Source of the DNA: Bacillota bacterium
GTDB lineage: Bacteria; Bacillota; Clostridia; Peptostreptococcales; Acidaminobacteraceae
NCBI GenBank assembly: GCA_034721975.1
Contig: JAYENG010000147.1
Coordinates: forward strand, 1-46,971
Direction of reading: 5' to 3'
DNA: 46,971 nucleotides
The notes under the pieces are model-generated. The model saw only the letters and a list, made by a program, of their open reading frames with translations, made no database searches and was not told the DNA's origin. Shown here piece by piece: positions 28,034 through 37,726 of this stretch (the stretch's first letter is position 1; every line of letters begins with the position of its first letter). Both the position numbers and the translations under genes were made by a program.

Positions 28034-28822
28034 ATGAGGAATGTTATGCAAAATTTTATCGGTGTTTTTGATTCGGGAATGGGTGGAGTAACTGTATTAG
28101 CAGATTTAGTGGAAGCGATGCCCTGTGAAAATTTTATATTCTATGGAGATTCCATCAATGCTCCTTATGGTGTCAGGAGTCAAAATGACATTATCGCTTT
28201 AACAGACAAAGCGGTTGAACATTTAATAGATAGAGGGGCCAAGGTAGTTGTTATCGCTTGTAATACCGCAACAAGCGCTGCGATAAATCATTTGAGGGAC
28301 AAGTACCCTATTCCAATTATCGGCATGGAACCTGCAATCAAACCTGCATTGAAGGATAATGATGGAGGTCATATCGCTGTTATGGCTACCCCGATGACTT
28401 TGAGACTCGATAAGTTTAATTCGCTTATTGATAGACTTAAAGGAAAAGGTAAAGTGCTTAAAATTTCAAGTCCTAAATTGGTGACAATGGTTGAAAATGG
28501 AGTTATCAGTGGAATTGAAATTGAAAGTTATATCGAGGAAATATTTAGTGATTATGATGCAGAAAAAATGGAATCGATAGTACTGGGATGCACACATTTT
28601 TTATATCTTAAAAGAGTTTTAAGGAATATATTTGGAGAAGGCATAAAAATATATGATGGCAATATGGGAACTGTTAATCGAGTTAAACAAATTTTGATGG
28701 AAAAAAGTCTTTTAACAGATAATCAGGAAAAAGGTTCTATAAAGATAGAGAATTCTCTATCTGATGACATGGTAAAACAATCCTTTGAATTATTTAATAA
28801 ATATAAGGAACTTAAGAGGTGA
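28034..28822 (+). CDS. murI: Glutamate racemase MurI
   Basis: GVFDSGMGG, IACNTAT and LGCTHF motifs. The likely start is ATG 28046. Confidence 0.95.
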   Translation: MRNVMQNFIGVFDSGMGGVTVLADLVEAMPCENFIFYGDSINAPYGVRSQNDIIALTDKAVEHLIDRGAKVVVIACNTATSAAINHLRDKYPIPIIGMEPAIKPALKDNDGGHIAVMATPMTLRLDKFNSLIDRLKGKGKVLKISSPKLVTMVENGVISGIEIESYIEEIFSDYDAEKMESIVLGCTHFLYLKRVLRNIFGEGIKIYDGNMGTVNRVKQILMEKSLLTDNQEKGSIKIENSLSDDMVKQSFELFNKYKELKR

Positions 28823-28826
28823 TCGG

Positions 28827-29072
28827 ATGACGAATTTTGACAATCTTCATGTAAAAGATGCAATAATCAGTGCAAAAATAGATCAAAAATATAAGGAAAT
28901 GATTTTTATGCGCTATGGTATTGGGTATGAAAAACCTTTTTCTGTGGAAGAAATAGGAAAAAAATTCAAACTTAGAGGTTTAAAACTACAAGAAGAAATG
29001 GAAAAAGCTGAACGATTGGCGTTTAATATATTGAAAACTAAAGATTTATATGATATCATAATTGAAAATTAA
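28827..29072 (+). CDS. Sigma-70 region-4-only mini-protein (81 aa)
   Basis: MIFMRYGIGYEKPFSVEEIGKKFKLRGLKLQEEMEKAERLAFNILK resembles sigma region 4.2 (L.LRFGL....TLEEIG..F.V.RERIRQIE.KAL.KL). AGAGGTGA SD ahead of ATG 28827. The ORF-track start 28785 overlaps murI and is probably too long. Confidence 0.55.
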   Translation: MTNFDNLHVKDAIISAKIDQKYKEMIFMRYGIGYEKPFSVEEIGKKFKLRGLKLQEEMEKAERLAFNILKTKDLYDIIIEN

Positions 29073-29074
29073 TA

Positions 29075-29292
29075 GTGACTGTGATGGGAATCAGTAGAAG
29101 GATTGTATTTTGTAGAGAGACGATGGATGGTGCAAGTCGTTGAGTATGCCTTTGAATCTAGCCTGGAGTTATACGTTTGGTTATCGTAAATAACTTTTAA
29201 GTGGGTCATTAAGACCAATTAGGGTGGCAACGCGGGTACTTCTCGTCCCTTACTATTTTTTAGTAAGTGATTAGGGGTATTTTTTATTTTAC
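29075..29292 (+). promoter_or_regulatory. T-box leader, serine specifier (UCU), with terminator
   Basis: Stem I elements (GTGATGG K-turn region, AGAGA box, distal GGTGCAA). Specifier loop GAA-UCU-A at 29154-29160. T-box sequence AATTAGGGTGGCAACGCGGG at 29217-29236. Terminator CCCTTACTA..TAGTAAG..AGGGG followed by a T-run. Candidate promoter TTGAAA (29031) N17 TATCAT. Confidence 0.88.
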
Positions 29293-29305
29293 AGGAGGTG
29301 TTTTT

Positions 29306-30580
29306 ATGTTGGATATTAAAAGATTAAGAATGGAATTTGACGAAGTCAAACGACTTATTTCGCTTAGAGGCAAGGGCGATTTTGGAATTGATGCCATTGT
29401 AGAACTTGACAAAAAGAGAAGAGAGTTGCTGACTAAAGTAGAAACAATGAAAAATGAACAAAAGATAAAATCTAAAGAGATTCCCAAGTATAAAAAAGAA
29501 GGCAAAGATACTGAAGCGTTAATGGAGGAACTTAAGAATTTATCTGAGGAGATCAAGGGTTACGATGATAAGGTAAAGGTAGTCGATGAATCTTTGAAAG
29601 ATTTGTTGCTAGCAGTGCCTAATACTCCAAATGCGGAGACTCCATCAGGTGATTCTGACGAGGACAATACTGAGATTAGAAAATGGTCTGAACCGACTGA
29701 ATTCGATTTTGAATCTAAACCCCATTGGGATTTAGGAGTAGACCTTGATATTTTGGATTTTGAAAGAGCTACAAAGATTGCAGGAACCAGATTCACTGTT
29801 CTAAAGGGAATGGGAGCAAAAATGGAAAGGGCATTGATTAATTTCATGCTTGATTTGCATACGATAGAACACGGTTATACAGAAGTTTTAACGCCATTCA
29901 TGGTAAATAGAGATGCGATGATTAGTACAGGGCAATTGCCTAAATTTGAAGATGATATGTTCCATGTTCCTGCAAAGGATTTCTTTTTAGTGCCCACTGC
30001 TGAAGTGCCTATAACCAATCTATATATGAATGAGATTCTCGACGGTGAAAAACTTCCGATCTACCATACGGCATATACTCCTTGTTTTAGAAAAGAAGCC
30101 GGTTCGGCGGGAAGAGATACCCGTGGATTGATCAGGCAACATCAATTCAATAAAGTGGAGCTTGTGAAATTTGTAAAACCGGAAAATTCTTATGAAGAGC
30201 TTGAAAAACTATTGTTAAATGCAGAAGAAGTTTTAAAAAGATTGAAAATACCATATAGAGTGGTTTTGCTTTGTGGCGGCGATTTAGGTTTTTCTAGTGC
30301 GAAAACCTATGATATTGAAGTATGGATGCCGAGTTATAATAGATACGTAGAAATCAGTTCTTGCAGCAACTTTGAAGGGTATCAAGCGAGAAGAGGCAAT
30401 ATCAGATATAGAGATTCTGAGACTAATAAAGTAAACCACATACACACTATAAATGGATCGGGACTTGCTGTAGGAAGAACTCTGGCGGCGATTATTGAGA
30501 ATTACCAGACCAAAGAGGGTACAATAACAGTGCCGGATGCTTTAGTTCATTATATGGGTGGTAAAACAGAAATCAAGTAA
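29306..30580 (+). CDS. serS: Seryl-tRNA synthetase
   Basis: Starts MLDIKRLR after AGGAGG. Class II motifs present ([37 protein letters not shown]). The ORF-track start 29267 lies inside the T-box terminator. Confidence 0.95.
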   Translation: MLDIKRLRMEFDEVKRLISLRGKGDFGIDAIVELDKKRRELLTKVETMKNEQKIKSKEIPKYKKEGKDTEALMEELKNLSEEIKGYDDKVKVVDESLKDLLLAVPNTPNAETPSGDSDEDNTEIRKWSEPTEFDFESKPHWDLGVDLDILDFERATKIAGTRFTVLKGMGAKMERALINFMLDLHTIEHGYTEVLTPFMVNRDAMISTGQLPKFEDDMFHVPAKDFFLVPTAEVPITNLYMNEILDGEKLPIYHTAYTPCFRKEAGSAGRDTRGLIRQHQFNKVELVKFVKPENSYEELEKLLLNAEEVLKRLKIPYRVVLLCGGDLGFSSAKTYDIEVWMPSYNRYVEISSCSNFEGYQARRGNIRYRDSETNKVNHIHTINGSGLAVGRTLAAIIENYQTKEGTITVPDALVHYMGGKTEIK

Positions 30581-30591
30581 GGAGATTGACG

Positions 30592-32286
30592 ATGAAATTT
30601 TCAGATATTAAATATATAAGGCCTGATTTGACTATTCTAGGAGAAGAAATCTTGACGTATATAGAAGTTTTTAAAACTGCCAAAACTGCAAAGAGGCAAA
30701 ATGAAATCATTTCGTTGATCAATGAAAAAAGAAAGTTTTACGATACTATGGAAAATATTTGTTATATTCGGCATAGTGTAAATACTTCAGACATTTTTTA
30801 TGATCGGGAAAACGATTTTTTTAATGAAGCGGGTCCAGAATTTTTTAGTGTTGTGAAGAGATTTTATGAAACTGTTTTAGATTCAAAATTCATTGATGAG
30901 CTAAAGGTGCTCAGACCTGTTCAGTTTTTTAATCTTGCTGAAGTAAGCTTGAAAATTTTCAGCGATGAAGTGATTGAAGATCTGCAAAATGAGAATAAAT
31001 TAGTCAGTGAATACGACAAACTGATTGCTTCTGCTAAAATCGACTTTTCGGGCATGAAATTGACGCTAGCGGAGATGGGACCGCACTTGACTGATAATGA
31101 CAGGGATATGAGAAAAGATGCACACGAGGCGTATTTCGGGTTTTTTGAAGCCAATGAGGATGAGCTTGACAATATTTATGATCAACTTGTTCATTTGAGA
31201 CACCAAATAGCTTTAAAACTTGGATATGATAACTTTATCGATCTGGCTTATGCGAGAATGGGCAGAACAGATTATTCAGCCAAAGATGTAAAAGTCTTTA
31301 GGGAAGCGGTTCATGAATTTATTACGCCGGTGAGCAATCGATTGATGGAAAGACAAGAAAAAAGAATAGATGTAGACCATCTAATGTATTTTGACAACAA
31401 GTATTCATTTAAAACTGGAAACCCTAAACCCGAGGCAGCAGAAGAAAAGATAGTCGACAGCGCCAGAAAAATGTATAAAGAACTTTCAAATGAAACGAAT
31501 GAATTTTTCGGTTTGATGGTTGAAAATGAAATGATGGATTTGACTGCTAAAAAAGGTAAAGCAGCCGGCGGATACTGTACATATATACATGGAGAAAAAA
31601 TGCCGTTCATCTTTTCTAATTTCAATGGAACATTTGGGGACGTGACGGTTCTGACCCATGAATTTGGTCATGCATTACAAGTCTATTGTGGAAGACACTA
31701 TAACGAACCTGAATTTGTTTGGCCGACAACTGAAGCGGCGGAGATATTCTCTATGGGGATGGAATTCATTACTTGGCCATGGATGGATCTGTTCTTTGGT
31801 GAAAACGATGAGAAGTTTAAATTCATGCATATGCAAAATAGTTTGACTTTTATTCCTTATGGAGTCACGGTAGATGAATTTCAACATGAAGTATATGAAA
31901 ATCCAGAGTTGACGCCGAAAGAAAGAAAAACCCTATGGAGGAAAATCGAGAAAAAATACATGCCGTATTTAGATTATGGCGACAATGAATATTTGGCACG
32001 AGGTGGTTTTTGGCAAAAGCAAGGACATATTTACGAGGTTCCTTTTTACTATATAGATTATACATTAGCTCAAATTGCAGCTTTTGAGATTTATAATAAA
32101 TTTGATAAAGATAGGGAAAGTGCATGGAAAGAATATTTAGATATGTGCAGAGTGGCAGGGAGTGAACCTTTCACCAAGCTTATAGAGAAAGGGAAATTAT
32201 CAAATCCTTTCAACAATGAAGTTATTAAAGATATAATTTCAAAAGTTGAAAAACGAATAAGTGAATTTGACGATAGTAAATTTTAG
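30592..32286 (+). CDS. pepF: M3B-family oligoendopeptidase (PepF-like)
   Basis: Zinc motif HEFGH (LTHEFGHALQ); about 564 aa. ATG lies 7 nt after AAGGAG and 11 nt after the serS stop. Confidence 0.85.
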   Translation: MKFSDIKYIRPDLTILGEEILTYIEVFKTAKTAKRQNEIISLINEKRKFYDTMENICYIRHSVNTSDIFYDRENDFFNEAGPEFFSVVKRFYETVLDSKFIDELKVLRPVQFFNLAEVSLKIFSDEVIEDLQNENKLVSEYDKLIASAKIDFSGMKLTLAEMGPHLTDNDRDMRKDAHEAYFGFFEANEDELDNIYDQLVHLRHQIALKLGYDNFIDLAYARMGRTDYSAKDVKVFREAVHEFITPVSNRLMERQEKRIDVDHLMYFDNKYSFKTGNPKPEAAEEKIVDSARKMYKELSNETNEFFGLMVENEMMDLTAKKGKAAGGYCTYIHGEKMPFIFSNFNGTFGDVTVLTHEFGHALQVYCGRHYNEPEFVWPTTEAAEIFSMGMEFITWPWMDLFFGENDEKFKFMHMQNSLTFIPYGVTVDEFQHEVYENPELTPKERKTLWRKIEKKYMPYLDYGDNEYLARGGFWQKQGHIYEVPFYYIDYTLAQIAAFEIYNKFDKDRESAWKEYLDMCRVAGSEPFTKLIEKGKLSNPFNNEVIKDIISKVEKRISEFDDSKF

Positions 32287-32298
32287 GAGGTGAATATT

Positions 32299-33927
32299 TT
32301 GGAAGAAGCAAAAGCAACATCTAATTTCATTAAAAAAATCATTATTGATGATTTAGAGTCGGGAAAACACAAAAAAATTACAACGCGGTTTCCACCAGAA
32401 CCAAATGGTTATATTCATATTGGCCATGCAAAGGCGATTATCATCAACTTTGATTTAGCTGAAGAATTCGGCGGGAAAACAAATTTAAGATTCGACGACA
32501 CAAACCCAGTAAAAGAAGATGTGGAATACGTAGAGTCGATTATGAACGATATAAAATGGCTTGGTTATGAATGGGATAGTCTTCACTATGCATCTGATTA
32601 CTTTGACGAGATGTATGATAGAGCGATGATTTTAGTTAAAAAAGGACTTGCTTATGTAGATGACTCGACACCTGAAAAAATAAGTGAAGATAGAGGAACA
32701 CTCACTAAAACAGGTATAGAAAACAAGTATAGAAAACGTTCAATAGAAGATAATATAGACTTGTTCACTAGAATGAAGAATGGTGAATATGAAGATGGAT
32801 CTAGAGTTTTAAGAGCGAAAATCGATATGGGTAGTCCTAATATAAATATGAGAGATCCTATTATATATAGGATAGCCCATAAGACTCATCACCAGACTGG
32901 GGATAAATGGTGCATATATCCTATGTACGATTTTGCTCATCCGCTAGAAGATGCAATAGAGGGAATCACACATTCTCTTTGTACGCTGGAATTTGAAGAC
33001 CATAGACCTATATACGATTGGTTTGTAGAAAATTGTGATATGGAAGCAGTCCCGAGACAGATAGAATTTGCAAGACTTGAAATGACCAATACTGTCATGA
33101 GCAAGAGAAAATTGAAACAATTAGTGGATGAAAAAGTTGTAGATGGTTGGGACGACCCTAGACTGCCTACTATTTCAGGTCTGAGAAGAAGAGGTTATAC
33201 AGCGGAAGCAATAAAGGATTTCGCTAGAGCGGTTGGGGTTTCAAAGAGCAACAGTTTGATCGACAGCATGATGCTCGAACATTTTGTAAGAGAAGATTTA
33301 AAACTTAAATCACCTCGTACTATGGCTGTCATCAATCCTTTGAAAGTGACGATAACCAACTATGATGAAAATGAATTTGAATTGTTGGAAGCTGAAAACA
33401 ACCAGGAAAATAAGGAAATGGGAACGAGAATGATTCCATTTTCAAATGAGATTTACATTGAGAAAGAGGATTTTATTGAAGAGTCACCAAAGAAATGGAA
33501 GAGACTTTATCCTGGTGCTGAGGTTAGACTCAAGCATGCGTATTTTATAAAATGCAATGAAGTGATAAAAGATGAAAATGGTGAAATCATCGAATTGAAA
33601 TGTACCTATGACCCGATGACTAAAAGCGGCAGCGGATTTAAAGAGAGAAAACCTAATGGAACTATTCACTGGGTAGAGGCTAAAAAGGCAGTTCCTGCCG
33701 AGTTTAGGCTTTATGATTCTATTATCGATGAAGATGGCGAGTTGAATAAAGAATCGCTAGTTGTCACTCATGGATTCGTAGAAGAAAATATGAAGGATTC
33801 AAAACCGATCGACAAGTACCAATTCTTCAGACATGGATATTTTGCAGTCGACAGTAAAGATACAAAAGAGGGACGGTTAGTATTCAATCGGATAGTGCCA
33901 TTAAAAAGTTCATATAGGATGAAATAA
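32299..33927 (+). CDS. glnS: Glutaminyl-tRNA synthetase
   Basis: HIGH ([13 protein letters not shown]) and VMSKRK motifs, with a GlnRS-type C-terminal anticodon domain. TTG 32299 lies 8 nt after AGGAGG; the GTG 32290 of the ORF track overlaps the SD. Confidence 0.9.
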   Translation: MEEAKATSNFIKKIIIDDLESGKHKKITTRFPPEPNGYIHIGHAKAIIINFDLAEEFGGKTNLRFDDTNPVKEDVEYVESIMNDIKWLGYEWDSLHYASDYFDEMYDRAMILVKKGLAYVDDSTPEKISEDRGTLTKTGIENKYRKRSIEDNIDLFTRMKNGEYEDGSRVLRAKIDMGSPNINMRDPIIYRIAHKTHHQTGDKWCIYPMYDFAHPLEDAIEGITHSLCTLEFEDHRPIYDWFVENCDMEAVPRQIEFARLEMTNTVMSKRKLKQLVDEKVVDGWDDPRLPTISGLRRRGYTAEAIKDFARAVGVSKSNSLIDSMMLEHFVREDLKLKSPRTMAVINPLKVTITNYDENEFELLEAENNQENKEMGTRMIPFSNEIYIEKEDFIEESPKKWKRLYPGAEVRLKHAYFIKCNEVIKDENGEIIELKCTYDPMTKSGSGFKERKPNGTIHWVEAKKAVPAEFRLYDSIIDEDGELNKESLVVTHGFVEENMKDSKPIDKYQFFRHGYFAVDSKDTKEGRLVFNRIVPLKSSYRMK

Positions 33928-33933
33928 CCAGAG

Positions 33934-33968
33934 ACCATGAAGAACATCAAGTTTTTCATGGTTTTTTA
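33934..33968 (+). terminator. Intrinsic terminator after glnS
   Basis: ACCATGAAGAAC-ATCAA-GTTTTTCATGGT followed by TTTTT. Confidence 0.8.
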
Positions 33969-34062
33969 TATTATTTTTATAAAGGGAAATCAATTTAAAA
34001 GCAGAACTGCAGTAGGAAAAAGAATGATAAAATCACAAAATACGATTAGAACTCGTAAAATC

Positions 34063-34091
34063 TTGAAAAATTCTTAAAATACGACTATAAT
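34063..34091 (+). promoter_or_regulatory. Near-consensus sigma-A promoter for the AAA+ ATPase gene
   Basis: TTGAAA-N17-TATAAT, 26 nt upstream of the ATG. AAGGAGG SD. Confidence 0.65.
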
Positions 34092-34116
34092 AATAAAAAA
34101 GACTTAAGGAGGCATT

Positions 34117-35310
34117 ATGATAGCTAGAGATAAATACTTAGATAAATTGATTCAAAGTAAAGACAATGACTTTGTTAAAGTGATCACTGGCGTTCGCCGT
34201 TCTGGTAAATCATCATTACTTATTTTATTAAAACAATATTTGCTTACTATTGGAATAGATGAAGATAGCATTATAGAAATCAACTATGAGAAATTTGAGT
34301 TTGATAAATTAAAGAATGGCGATGATTTGCACAATTACATCAAGGATAAGATTCTGAATGAATCTAGGATATATTTACTTATTGATGAGATTCAGGAAGT
34401 GGAAGAATGGGCAAAGGTTATTAATAGTATAAGAGTCAGTTTCAATGTAGATATATATGTAACAGGGTCAAACTCTAGAATGTTTTCTGGTGAAAATATG
34501 ACATATCTATCAGGAAGATATATAGAATATAAAGTATTTCCACTTTCTTTTTCTGAATTTCTTAGATTTAAAAATTATGATGAAAAGAATTTATTAGAAG
34601 AGCGTTTTGATGAATATTTACGGATAGGATCTTTTCCGGCAGTTTGCCTAACAGATAAACCTGAATTAATTGATGCAATCACATCTGGTCTGTTTGATTC
34701 GATTTTTACAAGAGACATAGTATTGCGTGGAAGAATTAGAGATGAGGGTACTTTTTACAAAGTTGCTAAATTCGTATTTGAAAATATCGGAAATCCCATG
34801 TCGGCAAATTCAATCAAGAACACGTTGATATCTAACGGCCACAAGATCACCTCGGATACAGTAGATAATTATTTGAAGCTGATGTGTGATGCACATATGT
34901 TATATCAATGCGAACGCTATGATATAAGGGGTAAAGAACGTCTAAAAACCAACGGGAAATATTATGTGGTTGATACTGGGTTGAGAAGTAAACTTATTGG
35001 ATATAGACAGGGAAATCTTGGACATATAATTGAAAACATTGTATATCTTCAATTGTTAAGAATGGGATATGAAGTATCTGTTGGCAAAAATATGACCTAT
35101 GAGATTGATTTTATTGCGATTAAAGGTGAGGAAAGATTATATTATCAGGTTAGCCTTACAGCACTTGATGAAACAACATATGAAAGAGAGTTAAGACCAC
35201 TTCTGAAAATCAATGATCAATATCCCAAATATCTTATTACGATGGATAAGATCAATCTTTCAAAAGAAGGCATTATTCACATAAATTTATTTGAATTCCT
35301 CCTTGGCTAA
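34117..35310 (+). CDS. AAA+ ATPase of the AAA_14/DUF4143 (COG1373) type
   Basis: Walker A GVRRSGKS, Walker B YLLIDEIQEV, YYVVDTGLR block, and a C-terminal ENIVYLQL...EIDFIAI...YYQVS segment. Confidence 0.8.
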   Translation: MIARDKYLDKLIQSKDNDFVKVITGVRRSGKSSLLILLKQYLLTIGIDEDSIIEINYEKFEFDKLKNGDDLHNYIKDKILNESRIYLLIDEIQEVEEWAKVINSIRVSFNVDIYVTGSNSRMFSGENMTYLSGRYIEYKVFPLSFSEFLRFKNYDEKNLLEERFDEYLRIGSFPAVCLTDKPELIDAITSGLFDSIFTRDIVLRGRIRDEGTFYKVAKFVFENIGNPMSANSIKNTLISNGHKITSDTVDNYLKLMCDAHMLYQCERYDIRGKERLKTNGKYYVVDTGLRSKLIGYRQGNLGHIIENIVYLQLLRMGYEVSVGKNMTYEIDFIAIKGEERLYYQVSLTALDETTYERELRPLLKINDQYPKYLITMDKINLSKEGIIHINLFEFLLG

Positions 35311-35404
35311 TAAGCCTTTGTAGCGCTATAAACAATATAAAGTGGTTGGAAATATTGCATAGTGAAAATAATTAGAAAAAGAATTTAGAAATCTTAAAGA
35401 GAGA

Positions 35405-35642
35405 TTAAAATTCAGAAGAATGCAAGTTTCTTCTGAAATATCTCTTAACGGTAAGAATTTCATTGAATTCATCATACTTATTTATCTCGATAGTTAAGAA
35501 AACTCCCTCTTCTAAACATAGTGAATGAGGGAGAGAAATTGGCTTTGCGTCAGCAAAATAAATCATCTTACAATTTGGAAAACAAACTTGTTTTTGAGAA
35601 CTTATTATCAAAGAAAGGTTTGAATTCAGGGAATACATTGTC
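35405..35642 (-). pseudogene. Possible 3' remnant of a minus-strand gene truncated by the IS
   Basis: The frame is open from the IS junction to a stop that lies inside a strong minus-strand terminator. There is no recognisable homology. The only SD (AGGAAG) lies within the IS inverted repeat. Confidence 0.3.
35411..35437 (-). terminator. Intrinsic terminator on the minus strand
   Basis: Perfect 10-bp stem TTCAGAAGAA-7 nt-TTCTTCTGAA, followed on the minus strand by TTTTAATCTCTCTTT. Confidence 0.7.
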
Positions 35643-37549
35643 TGTTAACTTCCTAAAATAATTGTACTCAACCAAAAAAAGAACTCTGAAATGATTGAGA
35701 ATTCTAGATTTTCTCTTGATTTCAGAGTTTGTTTATGGTATAAATTGAGTATGTATAACTACTCAAAAGGAGGCGGCATATGTACTTTGATTATTTAGTA
35801 GAACTTCCTAAAATAAAGGGTAAGATTTATAAACAAAAAAGAAAAAATGCTATTTATGTTCACTATGAATACGCAAAAATTTATAAGCCAGAAAAGAAAT
35901 ATAATATTCCTAAACGGACTACGATTGGTAAAGTTTGTTCAGATAATCCTGAAATGATGTATCCAAATCCAAACTATCTGAAATATTTTCCTGAAGCAGA
36001 AATACCTGAAGGGAAATCATCAGAGAGCAGAAGTTCATGTTTACATATTGGTGCCTATATGATAATCAAGAAGATTCTAAAAGAGTATGGTTTAGATAAA
36101 ATGATAGGAGACATAATAGGAAAAGATAGTGGATTATTTATGGATTTAGTTGCTTACACCATTATTGCAGAAAATAATGCAGGTCGGTATTATACTGATT
36201 ATGCATATAATCATCCTTTGATGACGAAAGACATGCATATTTTTAGTGATTATAAGGTTTCTGATTTTATAAATAGTATAACTATAGATCAAAGTGTGGA
36301 GTTCTTAAATAAGTGGAATGAAAATAGAAATTTAGAAGAAAAAATATATATTTCTTATGATTCTACAAACAAAAGCTGTCAAGCTGGAGATGTTGAACTA
36401 GCAGAGTTTGGTCATTCTAAAGATGGAAGTGATAAGCCGCAGATAAATTATGCGATTGCTTATGATGTGCATAATAGAGAACCTTTATTTTATGAAGACT
36501 ACCCTGGTAGCATAGTTGATGTTTCGCAATTACAATTTGCTTTAGAAAAGACAAAAAGTTACGGTTATAAAAATGTTGGTTTTATAATTGATCGTGGTTA
36601 TTTTAGTAAACCTAATATTAAGTATGTGGATAAGTGCGGTTATGATTTTGTTATTATGATGAAAGGTATGAAAAAATTAGCCAGCGAGTTAATTCTATCA
36701 AATAAAGGTACATTTGAAGATAAAAGAAAACATAGTATAAGAATGTATAAAACGAGTGGTATAACAGTAAAGAGGCCTTTGTATCCATCAGATAAAAAAG
36801 AAAGATATTTCCATGTGTTTTATAGCGTAAGGAAACATGCGGCAGAGCGGGAAGTGTTGGAAACAAAGATTGATAGGTATGCAAAGCAATTAGAAAAATA
36901 CAAATGGAAAGTAGTTAAAAAGTCCTTGAAAACATATGAAAAGTATTTTGATCTAATATTTCATGATGAAGATGAAGTATTTGTTGGAGCACGTGAAAGA
37001 ACGGATGTAATAGATCGTGAAATAAGCTTATGTGGTTATTTTGTGATTATTACATCTGAAGAGATGAGTGCAGCAGATGCCTTGTCATTATATAAACAAA
37101 GAGATGCTTCGGAAAAATTATTTAGAGGTGACAAATCATATCTGGGGAATAAGAGCCTTCGTGTTCATTCGAATGAATCTACAGATGCAAAAATATTTAT
37201 GGAGTTTATAGCATTAATAGTAAGGAATAAAATTTATACAAGTTTAAAAGATAAAATGCTAGAAGATGATAAAAAGTCAAATTATATGACTGTACCTGCA
37301 GCGCTAAAAGAATTAGAAAAAATAGAGATGGTAAAAAGGTTGGATGGTATTTATAGATTAGATCATGCAGTTTCATCGAATCAGAAAGAAATATTAAAGG
37401 CTTTTGGAATAAAAGATGTAACAGTCGTAAAGAAAATGGCAGAAGTCATAAGTAAACAGTTATAAATAAGTAAATAGAAAAAAGCCTTATTCTCAATAAA
37501 TAAATTATTAAAATGAGGCTTTGAGTAGTTAAAAATCAGGAAGTTAACA
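35643..37549 (+). mobile_element. Insertion sequence (about 1.9 kb) with 29-bp imperfect terminal inverted repeats; IS4/IS1634-like
   Basis: IRL is TGTTAACTTCCTAAAATAATTGTACTCAA. The reverse complement of IRR is TGTTAACTTCCTGATTTTTAACTACTCAA (terminal 12/12 identical, inner TACTCAA shared). Single large transposase ORF. No flanking direct repeat. Confidence 0.85.
35780..37465 (+). CDS. DDE transposase (IS1634/IS4-like)
   Basis: 561 aa, intact. The N-terminal pattern (KGKIYKQKRKNAIYVHYEY....KKYNIPKRTTIGKV) is typical of IS1634-type transposases as I recall them. AAGGAGG SD and a TGgTATAAA extended -10 at 35735. Confidence 0.75.
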   Translation: MYFDYLVELPKIKGKIYKQKRKNAIYVHYEYAKIYKPEKKYNIPKRTTIGKVCSDNPEMMYPNPNYLKYFPEAEIPEGKSSESRSSCLHIGAYMIIKKILKEYGLDKMIGDIIGKDSGLFMDLVAYTIIAENNAGRYYTDYAYNHPLMTKDMHIFSDYKVSDFINSITIDQSVEFLNKWNENRNLEEKIYISYDSTNKSCQAGDVELAEFGHSKDGSDKPQINYAIAYDVHNREPLFYEDYPGSIVDVSQLQFALEKTKSYGYKNVGFIIDRGYFSKPNIKYVDKCGYDFVIMMKGMKKLASELILSNKGTFEDKRKHSIRMYKTSGITVKRPLYPSDKKERYFHVFYSVRKHAAEREVLETKIDRYAKQLEKYKWKVVKKSLKTYEKYFDLIFHDEDEVFVGARERTDVIDREISLCGYFVIITSEEMSAADALSLYKQRDASEKLFRGDKSYLGNKSLRVHSNESTDAKIFMEFIALIVRNKIYTSLKDKMLEDDKKSNYMTVPAALKELEKIEMVKRLDGIYRLDHAVSSNQKEILKAFGIKDVTVVKKMAEVISKQL

Positions 37550-37726
37550 TTTAATAATCTTAAGAAGCTGGGTTTGAATAAAGGTAATGCTTGGGAATAT
37601 GCCAATACAAGGAAAAGCTACTGGAGAATATCCAATAGCCCTATTCTTGCAAGAACTATTACAAATGCACGACTTAAGAAAGCTGGTCTTATTTCTTTAT
37701 CGGATACATATGAAAGAGTAAGTTAA
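37550..37726 (+). pseudogene. C-terminal fragment of a group II intron reverse transcriptase/maturase
   Basis: Reads NLKKLGLNKGNAWEYANTRKSYWRISNSPILARTITNARLKKAGLISLSDTYERVS*. This is the conserved extreme C-terminus of bacterial intron-encoded proteins (..KA.EWANTRKGYWRIA.SPIL.R.L.N..). It starts abruptly at the IS end. Confidence 0.8.

Noticed and set aside
29267-29305. Upstream extension of serS ([13 protein letters not shown]...) given by the ORF track.
   Set aside because: These codons lie inside the T-box terminator and its U-tract. ATG 29306 has an AGGAGG SD and gives the canonical MLDIK... SerRS N-terminus.
31311-32125. Cluster of short ORFs on both strands inside the PepF-like gene (31311-31625, 31486-31671, 31658-31846, 31675-31887, 31865-32125).
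   Set aside because: All are nested in the HEFGH peptidase CDS, and none has an SD or a motif. They are frame noise.
35405-35638. 77-aa minus-strand ORF treated as an independent small gene.
   Set aside because: Its only SD and the two codons before its ATG lie within the IS inverted repeat. Its last 10 codons are the terminator hairpin itself. It is more likely the 3' tail of a gene destroyed by the IS than a bona fide gene.
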